DNA of 64,000 bases. Source: Chiloscyllium plagiosum (taxonomy: Eukaryota). A program made the translations under genes and the position numbers. Location: assembly GCF_004010195.1 (NCBI RefSeq), contig NC_057718.1, forward strand, positions 14,394,588 to 14,458,587. The letters are read 5' to 3'. Under the pieces are notes generated by a model. It did no database searches, had not been told where the DNA came from, and saw only the letters and a list, made by a program, of their open reading frames with translations. Shown here piece after piece: positions 49,230 through 61,187 of this stretch; the stretch's first letter is position 1, and each line of letters begins with the position of its first letter.

Positions 49230-52200
49230 CGAGGCTGGGCGAGTGAGTGCTCATGGCAGAGGAGGACATCGGAGAAGAAGGAGGATTACAAAAAAAAACA
49301 CCCAAAGATACCAGGAAGAGGATGACGGAGGCGTGAAGTGTGCAGCATGTACGCGAAATGAGTTTTGTTTCTCTCAACAGCAGAATGTACACAGAAGGAT
49401 GGAAAAGAATGAGTGGAGGGGATGAATATTGGAGCGTGAGAATGTTCACTCTTCCATCAGATTGTCAAAGCACTTTGAGGAACTTTTGCTATGTTGTAAA
49501 TAGGAACCACTTGCTCCAGTTCCCCTTTATTCACTGGGTTGGGTGGGTGATAGTGGTTGGGAGGGGGAATGAAGGGCTGTTGCTAAGAAATTCATAATGA
49601 TATACAGAAGGACAATAAGTGCCTTGTAAACTTTATTATATTATATTATCCAAAATCTTACATGGACGCATTATTGTACAGTTGGTGCTAGATGATGAAT
49701 GTTTCACCGTGCTGTTATAGAGGCAGTATCCATTTTGTAAACCAAACTTACACCTATACTCCATCCCAAACCAGCATTCTCCCCAAGCTTGGCGGTAACG
49801 TGGAATTCGATTGCGGGCAGGGGACAATACCAGTGATCTTGCTTACCTTATGGGTCCACGGAAGAATATTTCATAACATTTTGAACCAATTTTGACTGAT
49901 GCTACATGGTAGTCCTCTTTTTATATCAAGGTTTGGCGAACTGTAAAGGGCGTCGTTGTGTGGAGTTGAGTTTTCAAGAATCAGTGGAACTACATTGAAC
50001 AAAAATTAAAAAATAATGTTTCAGTAAAGGATGAAATCAAGGTTGTTTTACTCGGTGTTTTAACTACTTGCTGTTTTTAAGTAACTTTGTATCTAGAGAG
50101 TAGGTCAGTAGTCAGGAAGCAGCACATTATTAAAGTGAATGTCTTTTACTAATGATGAATAGACCACTCAGGGCCACAATGATGCCTCTCAGGCAGATCC
50201 CTGCTAGCTTTGTACAATTTAAGACCAGTTCAAAAGCACGTATGGACATCTTTATTAATGCTGGTTGTGGGATCATTTAACAAGATAAACACACACACAC
50301 ACATACACACACACACACACTATAAATGTAACCCAGCTTCTCCTACGTTCTGTACACGCGAGTGAACTTGCAAGCAGTGCATATTTAGTGCTGTTACTGG
50401 AAGAGCCTTTCCATCATCTTTGTAGGCCACTCGGCCACCTCACCTCCTCCTGCCTCCTTCTGAACCTGCTCTGCTGGCCATGGCAGTTCCAAATGTTTGA
50501 CACCATTAACCCGCAGCTCCAGAATCCTGGTTAGCTTTAACCAACCAACAGTGTGCATCTTGAAATCTCATTAGAGTGTCGTTTGTTGACGATGAAACTC
50601 AAATTATTTGTGATGAGGCTGCAAGGCAAAATTTGTCCAGTCTCTGTCCGGGCTGGCAATGGTCCTGCTAAGGAAGCAATGACATCGGTGGATATTGTAC
50701 AGAAAATCTGCCACCATCATGCAATACTGCTTTGGGTTCTTCACATGCTGGAATTACAGTAGAGGTTTGGATGGGATACAACTGACCTAAACCATGATGG
50801 AATGTGTTGAAGCAAGAGGTTCAGAGAAGCTGATTAATGGAATTGGCATCTTTCTAATTCTGGCTTGGATAATCTGGCATTTAACAAGGAAGTCTCTGAG
50901 GTAAACTAAACTAAATTCTGGGAAGCTTGTTGTGAAAATAAAAGTCCCCTCTTGTTTTCCATGTGTTCTGTCTGGCTGCTTAAATTGAATTACTGCTATT
51001 TTAAACCAACTACTCATCAGTAAAGCAAACATTAGAGCTTAGGCCATGGTAAAAGGCTACAATACTATCTCCATTTTCAAATCAGACTCCATCCCCATTG
51101 CTTTGTCTCTGGCTGCAGCACAGTAACTTCCATCCAGTTCTTAATTTGTGGAAAATCAGTTGCACTGACCTCATTACCGTGTACCCAAATGTAACATTTA
51201 GCCTGCGCTACCCCCAGACCCAACGCCAGCTTCTGCTGGTTACAGTGCGAAACTGACTGGAACCCGAGAGAGCTTTGCAAAGCATGAGTTGGAAATAATG
51301 TTCACATTTAAGTATGTCTGTCTCCATTTCAATATTATACCACGGTGGCATACTTAAAAGGGCTTCAGTTAAATGATAAATTCACACAACAATGGCAGAT
51401 GACAGATTGCTAGATGGAGATTAAAAGGTTACAACCCCATACCCACCAGCCCCTCCCCTCCCTCGGCCTCAACATTCGACCTGAGTTAATATAGCAAACA
51501 GGTCAGGGATGTGGCACACACAGTTCTGGGTTCATCAGTTTTATGGCGGGTGATTATTTTATTGCTCTTTCCTTCCACAAAGGACACGATTAAAAGAGCA
51601 AACACGGTGCTGAAGTAAGCTAATCATTGCCAGATATGGCCACAGGGTCAAAACACTTCACACCTGTTGTCACCTGGAGCAAGGGCTTTTCCTGAGGAGT
51701 CCACAATCCCTCAGGGAGTTTCTACACCCAAGGAATGAGTGAGACTGAGCTTGGTGTTTGTCTGCCTGAGAAGCACATTGCGTCTGTGTGGTCATTCTCA
51801 AAGTTGTGCATTATATTTTCCAGATATTTGTCTCTTTAATGGTGCTTGTGGCAGCTTTAGCTCTGAATGTTTATAAGTCAAACTCTTTTTCTTTTGACTT
51901 AAATTAATCCCACACTTCGAGCTGCTGTCTAACACATCTTCGTCATGTTATGTATGAAGGACATAATTTATTTATGAACTCAGGATGCTCTTGTTTTATA
52001 AAGTTGCTTGTATTTTGTAATTTATTTACACATCACGATAAGAAGCTAACCAGTGCTAACTATGCATTGTTATGTACAGTCGCCTGATCCACATTGTATT
52101 ACCTTTGTTCCAGCTTGGTTTCCTTTGCATTGTAATCTTGGACGTGTCAGAACAGTTGAGGCTTGCTGTTTACCTAACCCCCTTTGTATAAAATGTGTAC

Positions 52201-52260
52201 CATAGTCAAATATTGTAGCCTGGTATTGTGAATAAACATTATATTTTACATCCTGTTAAA
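49230..52260 (+). promoter_or_regulatory. KIF26B: Putative KIF26B 3'UTR (~3 kb)
   Basis: Unique sequence after the stop codon, free of recognisable transposons except a (CA)n at ~50289-50320. It ends in an AU-rich block with AATAAA, and LINEs resume at ~52490. Confidence 0.7.
52231..52236 (+). terminator. Putative polyadenylation signal AATAAA
   Basis: ttgtgAATAAAcattatatttt, preceded by several TGTA motifs. A possible proximal AATAAA lies at 50937-50942. Confidence 0.65.
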
Positions 52261-52689
52261 AACAAGATGTCACTTGCTCGTTGAAACAAGGTGATGCTGT
52301 TTACATTGGAATAAGCTGCAAATGTCACTGACTGCCACATCCACTTTATTACCCATCCTGCCATCTGAAATACCTATCTCACTGCCTGGCACACCCATCC
52401 CATTGGCATGCCCATCCATCTGACATGCCAGTCTTGCTTCCACCAACTTACACCATATTCCTTGTGAGGTAATCTAGAATGATGAGTTATAGTTTTAGGA
52501 TAAGAGGTAGTAGATTTAAAGCAGAGATGAGGAGAAAGTATTTCTCTCAGAGGGTAATGAATCTGTAGAATTTGTGCATGGTGGATGCCAAGGTGCAGAA
52601 TAAGTTTAAGGAACAGGGTGCTAGGTTTTTAATTAATAATGGATTGAGGGCTAGGGAGAGAGGGCACGAAAGTGCGGTTGATGAGATAA

Positions 52690-55235
52690 GAAAAAGCACA
52701 TGAGGTTTAAAAAACTGAAATCAGACAGGGGTCCTGAGCGATATAAAGGAAGCAAGAAAGAACTTGAACAAGGAATTGTGAGTGCTAAAAGGGGCCATGG
52801 AATGTCCTTGACAAGAAGGATTAAGGAGAATCCCAAGGTATTTTATACATATATTTGGAGCAAGAGAGTAGAAAGGGAAAGGGTAGGTCCTTTAAGGACT
52901 GAGGGAATTTATACCAGAGGAAGTGGGTGGGGTCCTTTATGAGTACTTCACATTCATATTCACCAAGGAGAAGGGATGAATGATGGTAAGATTAAGGGAA
53001 GGGTATGTTGATATCAGAGCACATCAGTTTTAGATGGAGGTGGTACTGAGTGTCTTGAAAAAATTAAGTTAGGTAAGTGCCCAAGGCGTGATGAGATCAA
53101 TCTTAGGATACTGAAGGAGGCAAGAGAGGAGATTACTGGGGTCTTGACAGCGATCTTTGTATTGTCTTTAGCCACAGGTGCAGTTCCAGAAGGCTGGAGA
53201 ATGGCCAGCATTGCTCTTTTGTTTAAGAAGGGAACAGGGATAATCCAGGAAATGATAGGCCAGTGAGCCTTACATCAGTGATTGGGAAATCATTAGAGAA
53301 GACTTAGGGAAAAGATTTACTCACATTTGAAAAAGAATAAGATTTATGAACAGTCAGCATGGCTTTGTCTCTCAAATGTGATTGAGCTTTTTGAGGAAGT
53401 GACAAAGATGATTGAGGAGAGAAGGGCAGTGGATGTTGACTATCTGGATTTAATGAAAACATTTGGCAAGGTCTTTCATGCTAGGCTGGTCCATGAGATT
53501 AACTGAAATGGGATCCAAGATTAGGTGGCAAATTGGAATAAAAATTGACTTGGTCGTAGACACTTTGGGTAGTTTTGGGGGTGGGGAGAGGGGTGTGTTT
53601 TTCTGACTGGTGGCATTCCACAAGGATCAGTGCTGAGGACCTTTGAGGTAAATAATATAGAGTCATAGAGATGTACAACATGGAAACAGACCCTAAAGCA
53701 TACCAAACGCCTTCTTCACTATCCTATCTACCTGCGACTCCACTTTCAAGGAGCTATGAACCTGCACTCTAAGGTCTCTTTGTTCAGCAACACACCCTAG
53801 GACCTTACCATTAAGTGTATAAGTCCTGCTAAGATTTGCTTTCCCAAAATGCAGCACCTCACATTTATCTGAATTAAACTCCATCTACCACTTCTCAGCC
53901 CATTGGCCCATCTGGTCAAGATCCTGTTGTAATTTGAGGTAACCCTCTTCACTGTCCACTACACCTCCAATTTTGGTGTCATCTGCAAACTTACTAACTG
54001 TACCTCTTATGCTTGCATCCAAATCATTTATGTAAATGACAAAAAGTAGAGGACCCAGCACCGATCCTTGTGGCACTCCACTGGTCACAGGCCTCCAGTC
54101 TGAAAAACAACCCTATGTAAATAATTTGGATGAAAATATGGATAATCTGATTAATACGTTTGCAGACTAAACACAAATTGGTAGAGTTGTGGATAACGAG
54201 GAAAGTTAGCAAAGGAAACAGCAGGATCTCGATCAGTTGCAATGTTGGGAGAAGAGATGGCAGATGGAGTTTAATCCAGACAAGTGTGATATGATGCATT
54301 TTGGGAGATCAAATGCAAGAGGGAAATATACGTCAATGGCAGGACCCTCAGGATCATTTATGTACAGAGGGATCCTTGAGTGCAAATCCATTGCTCCCTG
54401 AAAGTGGCCACACAGATGAATAAGGTGATAAAGAAGGCACAGCCTGCGTTCACGAGTTGGGGCATTGATATTAAAGCTGAAAATGTGTTGCTGGAAAAGC
54501 GCAGCAGGTCAGGCAGCATCCAGGGAGGAAGAGAGCTTCTTCAAGGAAGGCATCCTTGTAAGAGGATTTGCAGTAGGTTAAAATCTTCTAGGAGAAAGTG
54601 AGGACTGCAGATGCTGGAGATCAGAGCTGAAAATGTGTTGCTGGAAAAGTGCAGCAGGTCAGGCAGCATCCCTGACCTGCTGCCTGACCTGCTGCGCTTT
54701 TCCAGCAACACATTTTCCACATTGATATTAAAATCAGCAAATCATATTGCAGCTGGATAGAACTTCAGGCAAGCCACATTTTCAGAATTGTGTGCAATTC
54801 TAGTTGCCACACTGTAGTAAAGAATGTGAAGGCTTTGGAGAGGGTGCAAAAGAGATTTACCAGGATGTTGTCTGGATTGGAATGTATTAGCTATAAGGAG
54901 AGGTTTGATAAACATGGATCGTTCTCGCTAGAACATCAGAGGCTGAGGTGTGGAGAGGTGATGAGATAAAAGTATATAAAAGTATGAGAGGCATGGATAG
55001 GGTGGATAGACTTTGTTCCAGGATGGAAATGTCAAATACTAGATGGCATAGGTTTAAGGTGAGGGGGGGGGGGGGGGGGGGCAAGTTTAAAGGAGATGTG
55101 TGAGGCACACCTTTTTTACCCAGAGGGTGGTAGGTACCTGGAAATGCTGCCAGGGAGGTGGCAGAGACAGATTTATAGCAATGTTTAAGAGGCATTTAGG
55201 TAGACACATGAACAGGCAGGGAATAGAGGACTATG
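52690..55235 (+). mobile_element. Decayed CR1-like LINE with a nested antisense CR1 (~53657-54113) and a Penelope-like insertion (54463-54732)
   Basis: ORF2 remnants appear in order. The antisense piece encodes [44 protein letters not shown] at 54463-54475 and 54720-54732. Confidence 0.85.
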
Positions 55236-55979
55236 GGAAGAGATGGCCAAGTGTTATTATCGCTGGACTGTTAATCCAGAGACCCAGATAATGTTCCAGG
55301 GACCTGGGTTTGAATACCCTGTGGCAAATGGTGGAATTCACTTTCGTTTTGAAAAAAAAATCTGGAATTAGGAGTGTAATGAAACCATTATTGATTGTAA
55401 TCTAGTCTAGTTCACTAATGTTCTTTTGGGAAGGAAACTGCTATCCTTATGTGGTATGGACTACAAGTGACTCCAGCCCCACAGCAATGTGGCTGACTCT
55501 TAACTTGCCGACTCCTGCTCCTATTTCTTATGTTGTTTGCATGAGGTTGTACGAAGACAGAGGGTACAAATTTAAGGTAACTGGTAAAACAACCAGATCA
55601 GGAGAAGTGTTTATTTTTTACGCAATGAGTCATTGTGAATTGGAATTTACTGCCTGGAAAGGTGGGTCTGAGAGGGAACTCAATACATTCCTAAAAGTGG
55701 GGGGGGGGGGGAATTAAGTGAGGGACAAAGGGAGTGGGACTAATTGGACAACTCTTTTAAAGTACCAGCACAGGGCTGAATGGCCTGGGCTGTAAGATCA
55801 CTTCTCCGCTGTATTTCTCTTACTACCTCTTCAGTGTACATGAGATCTGTCTGCATTTGCATCGCCTCCTCCACCATCCCCATACTCCAAATAATATTAA
55901 AACATTCAGATGCTTTGCTCGGTCAAATACCTTTTGAGGTACATTTTGCAATTTCTTTCCTCCCTCTTGACAATTTTAG

Positions 55980-56290
55980 GTTAGAATCCCCACAGTACGG
56001 AAACAAGCCCTTCAGCCCAACAAGTCCACACCGACCCTCCAAAGAGCAACCCACCCTACACTTACCCCTGACTAATGCATCTGACACTATGGGCAAATTA
56101 ACATGGCCAATTTACCCTGACCTGCATATCTTGGTCAGTGGAAGGAAACCGGAGCACCTGGAGGAAACCCACGCAGACACGGGGAGAACATGCAAACTCC
56201 ACACAGACTGTCGCCCGAGGCAGGAATTGAACCCAGGTCTCTGGTGCTGTGAGGCAGCAGTGCTAACCACTGAGCCACCGTGTTGCCCCC
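55980..56290 (-). mobile_element. HE1-like SINE
   Basis: Same consensus. Another copy lies at ~58897-59182. Confidence 0.85.
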
Positions 56291-57232
56291 CTAAGTTTTT
56301 GTTTCATGTCAAATTGGTACAGCTGTTTTGGACCATTTTGACTGCAGTAAGCATCTGATGGGGCTTGAAAAGAACCCGGAAATTATCGGATGAAAGGGCA
56401 CATATGAAATAATTAACACCCTTCCCGCAAAACTTTCTCTAACTCTGAAAAGCTGCCAGAATCTTTGACCGCTGGCACCCTGCAGCATCCTGCTAACACT
56501 GAACTCACTGCATGTTTCTCATTGAAAACCATAACCCTCGATGTAATGCAGACATTACAGGCTTGGACAAACACTTTTCAAAAGAATTTGTAACTTTTGA
56601 GGTCAGCATATTTATTGTAGCACATCTTCTCCACAACCAGAACCATGTGTTTACCAAGATCAGTTTTAATTAGTGTCATTTATTGAGCGCAATTCCGGAT
56701 CACGTGAATTCCATCCTTAATTCAGCTGACTGTTCACCCACACGTTCCACTCATTCAGAGTCATGCTCAGGTTGTGAGGTACACAATATATCCCAATACA
56801 CCACTAACAGTCATACTGTGGCTTTAGGGCAAGGAAAGGCTTCCAGGTGATTTACAGGAGATCAGAATTGATGACAAAGTGATGGTAAGATAGGTGACCA
56901 CATATTAGGTCAAAGAGGCAGGTTTTAAGGAAGATCTTAAATGAAAAGAGACAGAGCGACAGATCGCTGCAGGGAGGGAATTCCAGATATCCCAGAATGA
57001 TAGTCCAACTTCTCCAAATTTTTTTCATAACCAAAATTTGTCATCCCTGCAACTGCTCTCACAAATTCTTTCTGTGCTCTCACATCCTTCCTAAAGTGCA
57101 ATGCCCAGAACTGGACACAATACTCCAGCTCAGGCCTGACATAACCTACTTGCTGTTGTACCCTGAGCAGACAGTAACTCAATTCCACCCTCTTTTTGGA
57201 CAGTCTCTGCTGGGGAATGGGAATAACTCAGT

Positions 57233-57488
57233 AGCTCTTACAGAGAGGAGAAAGTGAGGTCTGCAGATGCTGGAGATCAAAGTTGAAACTTTATTGCTGG
57301 AACAGCACAGCAGGTCAGGCAGCATCCAGGGAACAGGAGATTCGACGTTTCGGGCACAGGCCCTTCTTCAGGAAGAAGGGCCTGTTCCTGAAGAAGGGCC
57401 TGTGCCCGAAACGTCGAATCTCCTGTTCCCTGGATGCTGCCTGACCTGCTGTGCTGTTCCAGCAATAAAGTTTCAGCTCTTACAGAGA
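57233..57488. mobile_element. Young fold-back Penelope-like pLTR insertion with a perfect 91-bp inverted repeat and two hammerhead motifs
   Basis: TSD AGCTCTTACAGAGA at 57233-57246 and 57475-57488. Arms at 57284-57374 and 57385-57475. Confidence 0.9.
57388..57417 (+). ncRNA. Minimal type I hammerhead ribozyme motif (Penelope-associated), with a mirror copy on - at 57342-57371
   Basis: CTGAAGA-A-GGGC-CTGT-GCCC-GAAA-CGTC-GA, with flanks gttc/gaat able to form stem I. Catalytic activity is not shown. Confidence 0.7.
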
Positions 57489-57651
57489 ACCAACATAAGC
57501 AGGATGGACCAGATAGTGCCCTTGAACCTTGTAATGCTGTGATTGTGAGGGTTAGAGCAGTTACAGAGTGAGGGAACGGGTTAGGCTGGAGGGATTTGAA
57601 ATCAAAGATAATGTAAATTAAAGTTCAGTTTTTTCAGATCATCCTTGTCTT

Positions 57652-57773
57652 CAGATGATGAAGGAGCAGCGCTCAAAAAGCTAGTGCTTCCAAATAAACC
57701 TGCTGGACCATAACCTGGTGTTGTGTGATGTTTAACTTTGTACACCCCAGTCCAACACTGGCCCCTCCAAATC
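57652..57773 (+). mobile_element. Probable Penelope-like pLTR of another family with a decayed hammerhead
   Basis: gatgatga-a-ggagc-agc-gctc-aaaaagcta followed by aataaacctg..gtgttgtgtga. Confidence 0.5.
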
Positions 57774-58001
57774 ACCAATATTAACTCTGTTTCTCTCTTC
57801 ACCAATGCTGCCAGATCTCTTGAGTTTCTCCATCAATTTCAGTTCAAATCACCAGGGTACACAGCACTTTGCTTTTACCATTCATTTTGAAATAACAATT
57901 ACACAGAAGAATACAGAAAATATCAAAACAATGTTATTGTAAAGCATATTCAGGGATAAGATCACCACCTGCAAAGTACACACAGCTAACCACACATGTA
58001 C

Positions 58002-58113
58002 ATCTACAAAGGAGAAAGGGAGGACTGCAGGTGCTGGAGATCAGAGTCGAGAAGGTGCTGCTGGAAAAGCACAGCAGGTCAGACAGCATCCGAGGAGCAG
58101 GAGAATCTACAAA
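58002..58113 (-). mobile_element. Short Penelope-like pLTR fragment, 9-bp TSD
   Basis: ATCTACAAA occurs at 58002-58010 and 58105-58113. Confidence 0.8.
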
Positions 58114-59434
58114 ACCTTTTGTACCTCTGCAAAACCTCGCGAGTACATAACTTGTTGAAAACTATTTGACTGAGCCAACGTGAGGTTTATGTGATTGATT
58201 GCTATTTTGTTGCTGACAATTAAAGGTAGCTGAGACTAAGAATCTGGCTGTTTGAAATGAACATGCCCTGAAGTTAATATCTTAAAATGGTAACTTGGTT
58301 GCACGATTAAGAATAGCTCCTCAAGTTTGAGTGGTCGGGTACTAACTTGGTGAAACCCACCAATCCAAATACTCAGTATCTTTATTCTAGTTCATGTAAA
58401 TGAACTGATTCGGATAAGAAACATCTGTTCCTAATTGGACACATACAAGAAAGCATGAAATGATGGACCATTCAGCCCAATCAAACTCATTCTCCTATCC
58501 CAGAATATGCGCAATCTATCATGGACTACATGCCCTTGTTTCCACAGAGAAAGTCAACTTAAATGCACCTTGATCTAAGAAGTTAAGGGTTCAGAAAGGG
58601 TGCTGCTGGTTTGTTGTGCATTTTAGAAATATTATTTACCTTAGTTTATTTACACTGCTTTAAAATAGTGCTACAATGTTTGGACTTACGCCTACAATTC
58701 AGCTTCGAAAGACAGGCTAACGCACAATTTTCTGATCAAGGTGATGATCAAAAATGAAGTCTAGGCCTTTCTTACAAGCTTCTCTGGTGGTCAGTTTACT
58801 TCAGTTCTGAGCCCACGCTCAGATTTCACCAATTGCACAAAGTGAGTTATCAGACAATTGAACACATCAACTGAACAACTGAAGACTGATGTTGTCATAG
58901 AATCCCTACAGAATGGAAGCAGGCCATTTGGCTCATCAAGTCTGCATCAACCCTTTTAAGAGCATCCCACTTCCCCACACCGCACCGCCCCCCCCCCATA
59001 ACCCTATACTACCCACGGCCAATCCATCTAACCTGCCTGCACATATTTGAATGAGAGAGGAAACCGACACACACGCAGGGAGAATGTGCAAATTCCACAC
59101 GCACACAGTCGCCTGAGAGTGGAATTGAACACAGGCCCCTGGGGCTGTGAGGCAGCAGTGCCAACCCCTGATCCACCTTGCCATCTTATCTAGATGGTCA
59201 AGTTGATCTTCATGGAGGAGATCCATGAATTCATCAACACAATCTGAAAGGCTTGGGTCCTTGAGGTTCCAGGTGTGGGATTGAGGGAATGGATTCTGGG
59301 GAGGGACTGAAGGTCCCCAGCAATCACATACATCATTACTATGTCCTGGTGGTTGCTTCTCTATCTGTTGATCCACCAGCTTATTCAACCTGCTGCCTGT
59401 GATTAATGACTCCTGCAATGACAGCCCTGAATCA

Positions 59435-60700
59435 CGGAACTATATAGAACAGAAGAGGTCCTTTGGTCCATCAAGAATGCACTGACCAAAAGATCTACTG
59501 CAAATCTACACTAGCTCCACTCCCAGCACTTGGCTAACAGCTTTGAATGTTATGACACTTCAAGTACTCATCCATGTACTTTTTAAAGGTTGTGAGGTCT
59601 CCCACCTAAACTTCCCTCCCAGGCAGTGCATTGCAGACTCCTAACTCCCTCTGGGTGAAAAGGTTTCTCCCCAGATCCCTCCAAATCTCATGTCTTTCAC
59701 TTTAAAATTATGCCCCACTGTTGTTATTGACCTTTCAACTAAGGAGTACAGCTGCTTTCTATCCACCCTGTCTATACATCCCCATCAGGTTCCCTCCCCA
59801 CAGCCTTCTCTACTCAAAGGAAATCAGTCTGAGCCTATGCAGCCTCTCTCTATCGCTAAACCGCTCCAACCCTGGCAACATTCTGGTAAATCTCCTCTAC
59901 ACCTTTGCCAATGCTGTCATATCCATCCTGTGGTGTGGGGAACCAGAACTCCACACAGTACTCCAGTTGTGGCCTAACCAAAGGTTGGTATAACTCCAAC
60001 ATCACCTCCCTGCTTCCCTGTTTGTTTAAAATTAGGCAAGTGTTTTATTATTACACAGGAATGTCCCACACAGGGGTGTGCTGGACAGGAGTCACAGAGT
60101 CACACAGCATGCAAACCGACCCTTCGGTCTAACTGGTCTACGCTGACCATAATCCCAAACTAAACTAGTCCCATTGACCAGCTCCTGGCCTATATCCCTC
60201 CAAGGTATTCTTATTCATGCACTTATCCAAATGTCTTTTTAAATATTGTAACTGCGCCCACATCCATCACTCCCTCAGAAAGTTCATTCCACACGGTAAA
60301 AACAAGGACTGCAGATGCTGGAAACCAGAGTCGCGATTAGTGTGGTGCTGGAAAAGCACAGCAGGTCAGGCAGCATCCGAGGAGCAGGAAAATTGACGTT
60401 TCGGGCAAAAGCCCTTCATCAGGAATAGAGGCACACAGGAACCACCCTCTGTGTAAACCATTTGCCTCTCATTCTTTTTTAGATCTCTCCTCCCACCTTA
60501 AAAATGTTCCCCAACCTTGAAATCCCCCCTCTGAAGGAAAAGACAACTACCTTTAACTCAATTTATATCTCTCATTATTTTGTAAACTTTTATGCTCCAG
60601 TGAAAAAAGCTCCAGCCTATCCAGCCTTTCTTTGTAATTCAAACTGTCCATACCTGGCAACATCCTGGTAAATCTCTTCTGAATCCTCTCTAGCTCAATT
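59435..60700 (-). mobile_element. Two CR1-like 3' fragments; the second carries a Penelope-like pLTR (~60295-60431) with a hammerhead motif at 60393-60422 (-)
   Basis: CR1 tails at ~59435 and ~60088. The minus strand reads ctgatgaagggcttttgcccgaaacgtcaa. Confidence 0.8.
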
Positions 60701-60857
60701 GTAATTGCATTCAGAAGAGAACGAGTGACAGGACTATGCCTTGTCCAAAAGTGTTACAAAATATGAAAGTTCCTAAAACATTGGCAGCCTTTCCTTGTTT
60801 TCAGGATTGGTATGTAGGTAGATGTGGGGTGTGGAATACTGGGCTCACCTTGCCAAG

Positions 60858-61187
60858 TTTAGATTAGATTTAGATTAGATTAGATTACTTACAGTGTGGA
60901 AACAGGCCCTTCGGCCCAACAAGTCCACACCGACCCGTCGAAGCGTAACCCACCCATACCCCTACATTTACCCCTTACCTAACACTACGGGCAATTTAGT
61001 ATGGCCAATTCACCTGACCCTGCACATCTTTGGACTGTAGGAGGAAACCGGAGCACCCGGAGAAAACCCACGCAGACACGGGGAGAACGTGCAAACTCCA
61101 CACAGTCAGTCACCTGAGGCGGGAATTGAACCCGGGTCTCTGGCGCTGCGAGGCAGCAGTGCTAACCACTGTACCACCGTGCCACCC
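60858..61187 (-). mobile_element. HE1-like SINE with a (TCTAA)n tail
   Basis: ttagattagatttagattagattagatt tail plus a complete tRNA-like head. Confidence 0.88.
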
